52,940 nucleotides of DNA, taken from the NCBI RefSeq assembly GCF_001194135.2, contig NC_068983.1, forward strand, positions 64,698,384-64,751,323. The letters run 5' to 3'. Below are positions 12,591 to 25,900 of this stretch, one piece after another. The stretch's first letter is position 1. Every line of letters starts with the position of its first letter. The position numbers and the translations under genes are program-made. The notes beneath the pieces are model-generated. The model was not told the DNA's origin. It made no database searches and worked only from the letters and a program-made list of their open reading frames with translations. Origin of the DNA: Octopus bimaculoides. Its lineage: Eukaryota.

Positions 12591-12770
12591 CATAATAATA
12601 ATAACAGCATCGAAAAATACCTAAGGAATGAGAACCCAGGTTCCAAATTTCACCAAGACACCTGATGAAGGCTGGAGGGTATATCAGCCGAAACGTTGTA
12701 TTGACAACAAACAAGATTGTAAATAATGTAAATAATGTATATACTTCCTCATCTCTTAAATATAGAACTG
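12408..12770 (+). mobile_element. tRNA-derived SINE with internal (AAT)n and a Penelope-like tail, copy 1 (5'-truncated)
   Basis: B-box-like GTTCGATTTC at 12427-12436, (AAT)n at about 12450-12604, then a tail with CCTGATGAAG...CCGAAACGTTG. Homologous inverted copy at 44830-45397. Confidence 0.85.
12657..12702 (+). ncRNA. Minimal type I hammerhead ribozyme motif (PLE/dimeric type)
   Basis: GACAC / CTGATGA (12662-12668) / extra A / GGCTG-10-nt loop-CAGCC / GAAA (12690-12693) / C-GT-T with palindromic ACGT as stem III / GTATT (stem I, one mismatch). Activity untested. Confidence 0.6.
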
Positions 12771-12789
12771 CATGCTCAAAGTATTAGCC

Positions 12790-13500
12790 AGTGTATGCGA
12801 CAGCCTGATTGGAATTGCGCAGTAAGCGATATACCATCTGCTGTGGCATCAACAATCAATCCTATGTAATATATCATATTGAATGTTGATTAGGAACCTT
12901 GCACATATTCTGCTGACAGCTAAGTAGAACGCTTTTGATAGGGTAGACGATTAAGAAATGGCGGCTACCCTCACAGCAGTCCCTTTCCATCTTCTCCGCG
13001 TTTGTATCACCATAGAGCACAACACTTGCTTTGTGGCTTGGGTGAATTTTTACCTATTGAATTCATTCAATATTATGTGCTCGACTTATCATAACTGTCC
13101 TGTTTTGTTTCATTTGCACGTTGCGAATCACAACTGTGAAAGCTACCGAGACTGAGCGGCACACGCTACAAACTGGGATACTGAAGTTAAGTACTACTGA
13201 CAGCAGTATCAGAATATCTGACGTCAGGCAATATGAGCTAATAAGCAAAGTTCTAATAATCTATTAGGCGGTAACTGGAGTCAAAATGAACAATGAAAAG
13301 TTAGTGGGCTGGCAGGTAAGTACACGGAGAGGCAAGTTCTTGCCGTCTAAATACTTGTGCGGTGACAGATGAACGGATCTATGAACTGCTTGGAGTATGG
13401 TTTGGTCCAGATCTTTTAGTGGTGAAGAACTGAGAAAAAGAGAGGAGCAGGCTGACTGGGCACATCCAGAAATGAGTCGAGGCAAATTTATTGCATGCTC
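12790..13500 (+). mobile_element. Degenerate L1/Tx1-clade RT fragment
   Basis: AFDRVD at 12931-12948; Y*AVTGVKMNNEKLVGWQVSTRRGKFLPS; YELLGVWFGPDLLVVKN*EK (LLGVWFGPDL at 13386-13415). These match the Tx1-type YE.VTGAKIN.EKS and LGVWFGPDL motifs. Multiple stops. Confidence 0.75.
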
Positions 13501-13875
13501 GATCAGAGCAGCAGGCATTATCGGGATGAAGTGCTCTCTTCTGCGCATGCACTTTAAAATTGACTAAGGTCACCTCCGAGAGGTTGCTTGCTTAAGTGTT
13601 GAAGGTGACAATACTTTCCTTGAGTTTCCACGCGTTGTCCTCAAAGGTATTTCCTCCCGCGAAAATTATTTGTTAAAAGTTTCTTGTTATCCTGTTTCTC
13701 TTTTATTTACCATTTTTAACAGGTGAAAATCCTCAGGTGTGAATCTTGTATTTCCTCACTTTGAGTTTTGATAGGAACCAGATCCATAATAAAGCATCAT
13801 CACCATCGTCATAGTCGTCGTCGTCGTCATTATCGACTGTAGCATCACTATTAGTACCAGTACTATTATCAATCT

Positions 13876-13876
<1 letters not shown>

Positions 13877-13934
<58 letters not shown>
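13877..13934. repeat. (CTA)n microsatellite, preceded by a degenerate CAT/CGT tract
   Basis: Direct inspection. Confidence 0.95.
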
Positions 13935-16734
13935 TATTCATATGTCTTATTGTGGGTATCTGAATCCCTTAATCCTGTTAGTGATAACGGATCATGTCTT
14001 ACCTCATTTTTGACACACTGCATGTGATTACTAATAGTAATGTGTTTCTGAATATGAAGAAATGCAGGAAGCTTGTCAACTGTTTCACTACGCTACTAGT
14101 TCTAATTGAATGCAGATTGAATTAAGGCAAAATTTATGATATACACCATATGTTTAATTTAAAACTCCCTTGATATTGAAGTCTTATTAATTTTCACCAC
14201 TCCTAATGGATTAATAAACATACGAGACTTTAATATTTGATTTACATATGAATTTACTCGTTATTATATTTCTCATGTCAGAGTGTATGAATAAAATTTT
14301 GCAACAATATACTACCTATTAGTTAATTACTAATTTGGTTAATTTCTCAATATACTATTTATTCGTTGGCAAAATTTGACATAACATTTTCTAAACTTAA
14401 TTTATTCCATTTCATGTCACTGACATTATTGAATTATTTTCCTCGTGTCTATTGAGAGTTTAATGTAAGCTAGCACTCTCCGAGGGAAGTTTGCTACTTC
14501 TTCCAACGTCTAAAATATGCATTTATTGCTAACGAGGTTTGGTTTTGTATATGCTTTGCTAACCACATCCAGTGGAAGCGGAATATGTCTACTAAGATCA
14601 ACATTTCCACTATGCTTGAAATATCAGATAAAGAAACGATTTTAATTCAATCTAAATTTCTTGAAATATTTTCTTTGTTTTTCTTTTTTAGTTGCCAGGG
14701 TATGATAATATATTTTATTTCCCCTTAAGTATGTGAATGCGTGTCCAAGGGGTTAGGGTTTTACACTCACGATGGCTAGATCGAAGTTCCGCATCCTGAG
14801 CTAGATGGTACACTGTGTTCAGGAGTGAAACATTACATTTCACGTTTCTCCATTCTTCTCAGACACACATGATTAACAGTGGTGTCCCGTTCAGAGGGGG
14901 GATGTTGTCATATCGATTTCTCTTATACTATGGAAACCGGGTAAACGGTATTAGAAGTCCTAGTACTTGAGACAGAATGTCCAAAGATTACTTTAATGCA
15001 AAAGAATAGTTTAATTCAGTAAGAACTCTTTTGCGCATAATCTAATACAGCTCTATATACTATATTTATCTCAAACAATCTCATTGGTTTACTTCTATTA
15101 TTCTACAACGTTGATACTTTTGTGTGTATATCAGTCCTGCGTTTCTTTTTGTAAAGACAGAATAAATGAAATTCGAAATGACTTTTATTCTACCTGAGAA
15201 ACATAGCGTGCGGAAAAAAATCAACAACGATAAAAATAGTGTCTGTTCTACTATTTACTGCTTTGTATGTGAAACTTGAAAGAAAACATCCAAGAGAATA
15301 TATTTAATGGACATTAATTTTTGTCTATGATTCATCGCCAAAATATTTCGAAAGTATACAAAGCATCCTTTTATAGATGTTCAGATTGGTACGACATTTA
15401 TTGGTATTTACATCTAACTCTAACTAATATTCCTAATAGTATTAATGTAATTATTAATGTCCACCAATTCAATATTTATATTTCAATAAGTTTCTGCTAT
15501 GTATTATACAACTATAAAATATAACCTTTTTCAATGTCATATATGGAGGAAAATTCACCTCGTATTTGGATTTAATATTTCTATCTAAGATCAACAGGGA
15601 TCGTGTGGGCTACACACTTTTTTGGTTGAATTGATATCACCAAGTATTTATTTACATTGGGTGAAATTATTGGTTAAAATCTGAAATCAACTGAATTGAA
15701 CATTGTTACTTTGGCATAGATATATTATGTACCGTGTTTATATGTTCAGAAACTTGTAACTTTAAAACGTACTAGTGTGTTTGAAAGGAGATTGTAGAAT
15801 TGAACGTATCGCCTGTTGGCTTTCATTTATCAGAAAGTAAAGAATTTAGTAAAAGGTAATGTTATCATTTGGGCTTGATTACGTTAGTAATAGTGATTTC
15901 GATACATTAAGAGCTAATGGGAAATGCTCTTTTATATTACTTTGTATAGAAATCATTATTCTTGCGTATATATAAACCAATGATTGTGTGAGAAAATATG
16001 ATGTACAGTAGCATTGCTAAAACTGCTGCAAAGCACATCAACTAAGGAAAAGGGGGAAACAGTAGCAGTAGCAAAACAGGAAGAAAAATGAAATGAGCTA
16101 AGATAAATCTGGCAATGACTGCCACTGTTGTTGCTGCTGATGATTATGATTATGATGACGGGGTGGATGGGAATGAAAAGTGGAGGAGGAAGTTTGCACT
16201 ACGATTATGGCGATGATGAAAGATTAGTTAAAGATAATTTGAAATTAAGAGATATGGATCACTACAAACATATATTACACTATCTGTATAATTCAGCACC
16301 TCTTTTAAACCATGATTCAGTACGCTACTTGTTCCTACAAATCTGTCGTGACTGATGTAGCCAATAAAATTGTATAAAATCAGGAAGATCACATAATCAA
16401 CTATTTACATGCCGTTTTAATTTTCATGTTCCTGAACAATAATAAGATGGTAATAACAGGGAGGTTGCTTTCAAGAATTGTGCGTAAGATTGCAATTATT
16501 AAGGCCGTTTGTTATTTAAAGTAAAACAAAATTCATATGTGAATTTAATGTAAAACAAATTTCATATAGATAACATGTTGAACATATACTTAACTACATT
16601 AATAAAAACCTGGTATTCAGGGAGATTTTGGTATGTAGAGTTATTTCGCGAATTTATGTATAATCTGATCCTGACACACGCGAACGCAACTACGTTTGTT
16701 CTATGAATTGCACATTATATGCATATACATATAT

Positions 16735-17223
16735 AGATGGAGAAGAAGAGGTGCAAAAGTTTTATGAAATTTTAATCCATGCATACGATCGTTTCGAACG
16801 GTAATATTAACATGCACGAAACAGAAAAAAATTAAAAATTAACAATTAAGTTAATTATAATTATAATTATATTAATTACATAGTACCGTTCCTCAGTGAT
16901 AGTTCATACACAACTAGACTCAGCGCTACTTAAGCATGTTTTCATCTTTCATCTTTCATAATCATATTATGAATATCCGAACATATTTTATGACACTCAC
17001 TGCATCTAGTCTTCTGTAACAATATAATATTCTTCTGATGTATTCTTTTTGATGCATTCTTCTTTCGCAGTGAGGAGAATTGTAATATGCAATTAATTTA
17101 ATTATAATTATAATTAAATTTTAATTTATTCCATGTTTCATACATGTTAATATTACCGTTCGAAACGATCGTATGCATGGATTTAAATTATATAAAACAT
17201 TTAAAATCGTCTCTTTCCCATCT
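16735..17223. repeat. Fold-back / MITE-like inverted repeat
   Basis: Arms at about 16735-16898 and 17068-17223, with a perfect 41-bp inverted core at 16774-16814 and 17143-17183. Confidence 0.9.
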
Positions 17224-17424
17224 GTAATTGTGTGTTGAGTTTCTATAGGATACATATTCTATAAATACTCATAACACACCTTATACTTGTAACATTTTCA
17301 TATTCGAAAAATACTTTACAATAGTAAGCTACCAATTTAATATGAAGAAACCGTTTTAGAAATCTTACTTTGGAACCTCCCAAAGTAGAGGATGAAATAG
17401 AACTCAACCTTTTCTCACATTTAT

Positions 17425-17530
17425 ATATATATATGAAGAATGAGAGAGTTAACGTTTCAGGCATAACACTCCGTCGGAAAGGGAAAAGTCCAAGGAAAAA
17501 GGACAAAATAAGGAACAATCAACGATTCTT
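17425..17530 (-). mobile_element. Penelope-like terminal-repeat remnant, same family as 34190-34370
   Basis: Minus strand CTTTCCGACGGAGTGTTATGCCTGAAACGTTAACTCTC versus CTTTCCGACGAAGGGCTACGCCCGAAACGTTATACACTCTC at 34246. Confidence 0.55.
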
Positions 17531-20500
17531 AAAGGTCAGCTAAGGACATTCGCATGCGTAACCATCCACGAAGAACAAATCAATAGTACAAAGAAATCAA
17601 ATTCCAATCTCATTAAAACGGCAACCATTTTAACAGTAGTAGAATTGCCATCCCACTGCATCTACACATTCAAAGCAGTTTCTCCAACAGTCCTTGAGCA
17701 ACAACACATCTTCGATTAACTCAATGGCTACTACTGTCTCCAGGCCACGAGAGACTGCAGCATTCTCTTCAAGCTGAGAATTTGAACTTACGTAGACAAT
17801 ATTTACATATCGGCCGAGGAAACACAACTAGATCTCATATTGCATGCAAATGGTTGCATAATCAAGTACCTGCAAGCCTGGAGAAATGCCTAACCGTACT
17901 CCTTATTGACTCCAAATATTTGCAATTATTTATTCACGCACGACAGAGGCCCAACCGCAAACCTGGAAGTAGGTTTAATACTTCTGTTGGATAACACACG
18001 ATGAAATCTGAAGGTGGACAAGTTTTATACTGTCCCCTACTACGTTCTTAACAGAATATTACATAACTCTATGTGTGTGTGTGTCTCTGTTTGTGTGTAT
18101 GTCTGTTTGTGTGTGGGTGTGAGTGTATGATTTCACATATGAACCTACATGCATTAATATATATATATATATATAGTTATATAAAAATTTAACTTGTATT
18201 TTACAACCTTCTGCTGGAAATATAAAGGCAAGTTTTCCTTTATCCTAAAGTAAGAATAGATGAACATTATAATTTTATCATTTGGGAAAAGAAATATCAA
18301 GTAAGGTTAGTGCTGTTATTTTTACAGAAACGATTGTATAATTATTGATTAAGCAGTATGATATCAACCGATAAACGTACATTGTATAATGTTTATATGT
18401 GTATATAGTAACAAATACATTCCTATTCACGCATATACCTGCAATTGGAACTATTAGGGCATATGTACTTATTATAATAACGTACCAAAAATCATCAATT
18501 TATTCATATATTGAAGATAATCGAGAATATAACTAAATATTATAATATTCACTGAATTGTCGCATAGACGTAAGGAAAGTGTCTGAGGCATGAAGACTTC
18601 ACCGTTTTAAACGAAGGTTTCTTGCGGAATAGAAAATATTCTTGAAATCGATAACAACATTCCTCTAACTAGTAAACGAGAATTGTTAGTGAACTTTCTT
18701 GACTGCTCGTTTGTGAAGGTAAAAAAGCAAAAAATATTCAGCTTTAAGTGAAGCAATTTCCCCTTAGCTTCTGGGCGGCAACTGTAGCAGTTTAATTGCA
18801 ATTATTGTCGTACTCTCAGACAATCAACAATTTCGTCGTGAACATAGGCATTTATTGAGACTCACTAATAGAAGCAATATTTAAAAATAAGGAGTGTCAG
18901 AATTTTAGAGCGTACAGATTGTTATGTAGAAATATGATTGATTATCAAATTTTCATTTTAAAGTTGTAGCTGCAGAAAGTAATTTGAACTTATGATCAAT
19001 AATATTTAAAGTTGACAACTTATGAAAATATTTTTCTCTTCGTAGTAGTCCATATTTACTGATAATTGATTGATATCCGTAGGTTGCACGTGAATAATGC
19101 TCTTTCTTTGTTTTTCTGAGAGTGGTTGTATCATCAGATTAGGAATGCGAGAGAGGCAAGTTTGCATTGGTTTCAGTCGTTTATATCGACCCCATTGATT
19201 TCTCTGCTACTAAAGTCGTCGCTCTCTTACGATGCTAAATGCAATGTAAATACTGAAGTTAGAGGAAATGAAAAATATTAATACGACATCGTAATACCTT
19301 TCACTGAAAAGTCATTGGATGAGCCCAGATTATGGTTGTAAGCCCTTGCCGCAAGTGCAGCCCAGAGAGTTCGTGCCTGGTCAATAAACACGGTTGTTAA
19401 GCGAAGTTCGTAATGACATAGTCTTGACTGTGTGCGTAAATTTAAACACAAGCGCGTCATGGAAAATATTAAACTACACATTGACATAAATAAAAGAGAC
19501 ATACTGAAAGACACATAAATGAAAGAGGTGGGCTTTGACACAATGAAGATTTGTGTACGTTTCTTTAATTTTTTTACGAAATATTTCCACACAGTTATGA
19601 TTACAAAATGCAAAATATACTTATATGAATTATTCTATGTAGGGTTGATTTATATCATATACACGCATAAATGTGTTTAACGAATTAGAAATATTCATAA
19701 TTTAAGGAGCAGCTGTAACCTGCTCAAACTCATCCTTCCTTAGCAAAGAAAATCTAATAATGAGAATGAGGTTTCTGAAGCACATTCATTGTTCAAGAAA
19801 TATTTTTTCTTAATATTATCGAATTCTCATTAACAATGCAAACACAAAGCAATACAAAAGTAAAACAATCAAATGATTTTAAATGATTTAACATTTCTTC
19901 TGAATTGTCTAGTGGTTGGCAATTTTCATAAATTACAAAACCTGGGATTTATAGTTTATTTTTGATAAATGCGATTGGATTTCATTAAAAATTTAATTAA
20001 GCCTGACAATATCAGAATGCTATCAATTACATTGCTGAGATATTTCGTCTTAATGTTATGAATGGTCTTAAATGTTAGTTTATTTGTTTTTTTGTTTTCT
20101 TTTACTTTCTGCTAGTATTGTTTTGTTGACATACCAAGAAGAGTATATTGATATTTTTACACATTCACATGACCTTACAATTTGTATGGATGTGTATTGA
20201 GTGCATGGCAATTAAAACTATCAAAAAAACGCCATTTGCTATTGAAGCAACCAGCTGCAAGTCATTTCAAAGCTCTTACCTTCATCCAAGCCTAATGTAC
20301 TCCCATTCATTCAAGTAATATTCCCACTGCGGCACTTCCTGCAACCAACATTAAATAATTAGCCGTAACCTTTCTCCTAAAAGTTTCAATAATTTCAAAA
20401 TTTCTTCTCACTGATGTTCTTTCAAACACTTCAGGATACATAAGCTAATACCAAACATTAACACCTCTGTCTGAGATTTTATGAGGAACGGGTTTTACCT

Positions 20501-21105
20501 ATATGACTTTTGTGCTTTGTGCATTGTATAATAAAGTGAAAAGATTGAGTTAAACTTAATACTGTTCTTTGAATAACTACACAACACAAAGCAATGCTCA
20601 GAACCTGAGAATAAATATTGAGATGGATAAACTGGAATATCACAAATATTATACGCACCACTGCAAATCAACAAAGTACAGGTCAATTTCAAAGTGTTGC
20701 CATTGAGAGAAGTATTACACAGAGTAATTAGTTATAAAAGGGCAACAAATTAGAGATTTTCATTCGTATACAGCTGACTTGATATGAACATCATGCATTT
20801 TCACATGTCTCCTATATTCAGATATATCCATCATTGAACTTATATATGGTTACTGATTCATCTTGTCTTGAAAAATATATCCATACACTTTATATAGTCT
20901 GTTACAACAACAGTAGTAATGCATCGAGTCATGAATTACTTTACATAGCCCCTAGGAAATAATAGCTTGCTTTTGAACTGGATAATCATTGTCTTCAGTT
21001 ACCACTGAGTAGGTTTTGATTCTTTATGTCTAAGCTTTTCTTCAGCATTATACCATTATTGCCTTTAGAGTGGTTGTATATAATCCACCTACTTCTCACT
21101 ATGTT

Positions 21106-21183
<78 letters not shown>

Positions 21184-22619
21184 TACACATTTTTGTGAAC
21201 AGTTGTACCATTGTTCTTAGGATGTGTACGTTCAATTTAATTCAATTTAATTCTCGCTAGCAAGAATGAAAAGTAAATGTTTGAGGTGTTCGAGCGGAAA
21301 ATTCGACTGTTTTTGTTCAATAATTGTTTGATCGGTGTTTCATGGATATATATTTCGCAGAGTTAGCAACACCCACACACCCACACACACNNNNNNNNNN
21401 NNNNNNNNNNNNNNNNNNNNNNNNNNNNNNNNNNNNNNNNNNNNNNNNNNNNNNNNNNNNNNNNNNNNNNNNNNNNNNNNNNNNNNNNNNNNNNNNNNNN
21501 NNNNNNNNTATATATATATATATATATATATGTATACATATGCGTGTCTACGTGTTTGTGCGTACGTATGTATGTATGTATATATAAACAGATATACATA
21601 TATATTTATACCGGTAAGTATATACATTTATGTATAGATTTACATTTCTATCATGTATGTGGAAGTGATTTTAATTCAGAAGGCTTACGGTATTGCCGAC
21701 TTTTCGAAATTAGATAGGTGTTTACATGTAATTTCTTGGACAAAGAAAAGTTACGACTTTGGAAAAAGAGTTGGCAATTATTAATAATAATTAGACACGA
21801 TGAATATAGTGCTAAGAAAGCTAAAATCACAAAAAAGCATATCAATTAATGAACAGTATGGAATTCGGTCACGTGTATAAATCATTACATATGTGAGGGA
21901 TTGCAACTTCATGATCGTGTCTTATTGTGGCAGAATTTCGACGTCTGTCATTAAGTTGGTTCAATGATTGGAATTAAAAACACTTTCGTTCAAGTTAAAT
22001 TACTGTTAGCTCGAAAGCATTCTAGATAAACGGAAAGAAAACAAAACTGAAGAAAGAACTAAATGAATAATTAATTTCTGTACGGCTTTCGTGGTTAGGC
22101 AAATTTACCAATTTTATGAGGACTCCGGAACTTTAGATAGGTTCATAGGGCATATGCAATGGTCGATGAATGTGTAGTAGAAAGGAAGCCCTAACAATGG
22201 CAAAACATTGGAAGTAGGTGGTTACGTTTATTAAAAAAACAAAATTCTTGATGAAATGGGATTGCTTTCAAAACCAATGCAGAATAAGAGTTTCTGATTT
22301 AATAAAGAGGGTTTTTTTTTATATAAGCCGGATATGCTGATAAGGATTTACAATAAATGACTTGTTGCTCAATAAATATCAAGCTTCTGAGAATGTAATC
22401 TCTATTCCTAATTTGGCCATTTGAAACACCAAAAAGATGCTTGAGTAACATTTGAAAATAGTTTGTTTTGGTGATGAAAAGTTTTGTAACACTCTCAATC
22501 TTCATATCAAAATTTAAAAACTTGTAACCATTCAATTGTACCTTGTGATTTATGACAAAATGTTGAAGTTAAATATGTTACTTTTATAAATGGTATTCCT
22601 GTTGGATTCAATGCAATAG

Positions 22620-22990
22620 GAGTGATCAGCCATCAGTTAGGTGTCCTCTCTGTGTGCAGAGATCGGCTAGCTAAGACCCTTTCGTTTCCGAATGCTGTGC
22701 TGCATTCAGCCAAACAGGTTCTTGTGTCCACTTCATTCTACGATATAAGCAGTCTATGGATGCCTTTCACGATTTCTTGCTCTCCTTATTTCTATAATCC
22801 CTCTCGGGATGGTCTTGGGCATTGCGTGTCAAAAACAACATAGCTTTGTGGACTTGTTTTCTGTCAATAGGCGTATCATTGAACTTTCAGCTCCTACCAC
22901 GTCAATAAGGGATGAAAGACAGCTACCACAACTAAAGTTGTTTCTACTACTAGTAGGGCCTGCATCCATTAAATTGAGGCTTAGTGCCGA
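22620..22990 (-). mobile_element. Possible highly decayed RTE-type LINE C-terminal fragment
   Basis: GC-richer island whose minus-strand fragments (RKQVHKAMLF..., AFGNERVLASR..TER) loosely resemble RTE ORF C-termini. Weak. Confidence 0.3.
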
Positions 22991-25900
22991 CAGCATGTGA
23001 AATTCGTATGAAAATTATGCGAAAATTAAAATTTGCTCCATTTATATTAATGAATAAAATCTATCGATAAATTGCTAAGAATGACTACATTTGATGGATA
23101 CATCTTCTGGAATATCACAATGATTTCGTTCTCTACAGTTTGTTTATAATGGGCTAGATTTCGCGTGTCTAGTGGGTGATGATATTTTCAGTGACGTTGG
23201 TGGTGGATACATACTTGAAAAACTGAAGGCATTATGCATTATTTTTTTTAATTACGTGTGGCTAATCATATCACATAAGGAATCTTACGAATTTGCAATT
23301 TGGATATAGATGTAAGAGATATATCAGTCCATAACAGTAGGTTCGTTATTCTATAAGATTAGAGACGAATTAATTTTCAGGTAGTATATAGCTATATACC
23401 GAGTATTTTGCAAAAGGCACCAACGTACTTTTTATTGTACCACACATATTTTTAATTTATTTGCACGGCTTTAAATACAATGCAATGACATCTAGATATA
23501 ATAAACACTATTCTTTCATATTAGAGAATTCTAAATCTTTAGCCATTTATTTGCAATGAATGCTGATATTATTCAATATATTGCATTACCCTTTTTCATT
23601 GTGGCATTTAAACTTAGATAACTATCTCTGGTAGTTGAGTTTATATACTTTATGCAGGTTTTCTAGTCATGTCTGGTAAAACGAATATTTTTATTCTTGT
23701 TTTATATCTTCTGCACATTCGTTTTTAATCTTAACTGGAAGCTATTCATACTTCTAAATTTATATTTTTGATTACCATAATTCGATGACCTTCAAACGGT
23801 TAGTAAAACTTATCTGTGGCAAATTATTCGACTTCCAGTCATATTTAGTGGTATTCTTAGTATCAGTTTGCTTTTCCTGCAGAAAGGAAAATCATTTCAA
23901 TATGTTCTATATTCTTTGAGCGTTCGTTCTTGGAAGGGTATATCTACGCTTTTAGTAGTAATAGTACTTTGTGTTTCAGGATATACTCTGTTTCGTAGGT
24001 TATAGTTTACAAACTGCTCGACATAAATATTGTTATATACGGCAGGATTTGCTCATTATCACACAGAAGAAAGAGTTACAATAAATATTAAGATACCTAT
24101 ATCGTTAGGGCTCAATATTTTCATTGTAACTGGACGTACAGATTATTCACACGATTTTCGTTTTTGTGTTTGTTTGTTTGTTTTTGTTTTCTGAACAGAA
24201 AGATAATATGATTTCTCATAATGTGTGTTAATCTAAAAATGTTAAGATGAATTATATTTCTATATTCTTTTGAATACATACAAACATAACACACGTACAC
24301 ACACACCCACGCGTGTACACACACACACACACTCACACACAAAATATATATAAGTGCATTTTGGTAAAATCAAATTACATTTTTACATCAATTACACACT
24401 CCTAGTATAAGACAATGGCTAAAAGAAAATGAAAGAAATTCTACTGGCTTTTCAAGATATATTTCAGCTGTGTGAGATTTCGTATTTAAATAGTTCTTTA
24501 TTGGTACGACAATATTGAAGTGACCCCGAAAATACATATGTTTAATTTAATTGTATGTTTTATTTAATTTCCTCTGATATATCTACGCAGACATACGGAT
24601 GTCTGTATTAAAAAAAAAGATGTAAAATAACGTGAGATTGTGTAGTAAAATTTATTGTTATTTTACACGCATTTTTCAAATGTTGCCTTAATACATAAGT
24701 ATAAATTATAAAAATATAACATTTATATATGAATAGAAATATATAAACCAGCTCGTTCATAATTAACTTTATTCCAAAAACATAATTGATGTTAGCATAC
24801 TAAGTTCACAAATTACATATGCATTCTCAGTATTTAGTCTCTTGATAATTAAATATCATTTCAGAATAAAATACAGGTAGGACTATGTCATTTACTGATG
24901 AAACGAAAGCATTATTTACTCACGATTCCTTTCAATTCTTATCGCATCTGTGGTATTTACCACATTTATTTCTGAGAATAATTGCATTTTCAGAATTCCA
25001 TATATCATTTAAAAGAATTAATGCAGTTTCTTTCATCTTTCATATAAATATAAATTATCTTTTTTTTTCATTCAAAGAACATTCTTCGAGCGTGATCTAA
25101 AGGTTAGGTCGGTACATATTTAAGTCAAGGCGTTGTGAGAATATCTAGTGCATCAGAAGCATGAGTTAGGGTATTTACGTGGTGATTTCATAGAAATATG
25201 AAATATAAACATGTTTTGCTTGCAAGATATATTTTTCGAATAAAATCATTTGGATTTGATATAAATTGCAGAAGAAATGTAGATGAGATTGAAAATATAA
25301 ACATCTAAGTTATTATAGTGTTATAATAGAGCTCTTTATATATAGGTACGACATTTATAGAATTAACAGTTACAACAAAGAAATGAATGAAAATTGTACA
25401 TTCGATAATTGAGTTTTTTTTAAATTCTACTACCACGAAAAAACAAAAAAGCACAAATGGTGATGTTCAGAGCGCTTATGGCTATATGTCTCTCTATTGC
25501 ACATAATTGTAGTTACATAACAACAACAGTTGCGGGATTTATACATTATATTTGGAAGAAAATTGTTAAGTGACCAAAAGAAAAAGGAAAAAAAAACAAC
25601 AGAAAATAAATTTTATACACAGTTAGACGAATGATACCGTCGAAGACAAAAGTAGCTTCAAATGCTACCATCACAGAACGGAATTGTCATGTCGTCTGGC
25701 ATTTTACCTGTCCCTGTGTCAAAATTTAAATGACCAAAGCAATGAATGTTATATCTCAATGCCTAGCCAAACAGAAAGAATCCGACTCAGCCCAGCTATT
25801 CAAGTGAAAATGCTTCGAAATCCCCAATTTTCAATCTATTTAAATTATTTAAATAACATTATAAGCTCCGTGGGGAAACAAATATAAATTAGCGGTGCCA

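Noticed and set aside
12955-13155. AAATGGCGGC (YY1-like motif) and ORF MAATLTAV as a promoter or first exon
   Set aside because: It lies immediately after AFDRVD inside the decayed Tx1 RT and corresponds to the RT's LAAVL segment.
13286-13321. ATG...CAG|GTAAGT as a first coding exon (MNNEKLVGWQ)
   Set aside because: It is part of the Tx1 RT motif KIN.EKSVGL; the donor match is coincidental.
13723-14699. Micro-exon candidates (14 nt at 13723-13736; 8 nt at 14692-14699) after pyrimidine tracts
   Set aside because: Such matches are common in T-rich DNA and cannot be tied to a gene without RNA data.
17560-17990. Coding-like GC-richer stretch next to the PLE remnant
   Set aside because: Probably a decayed repeat, but I could not assign any motif with confidence.
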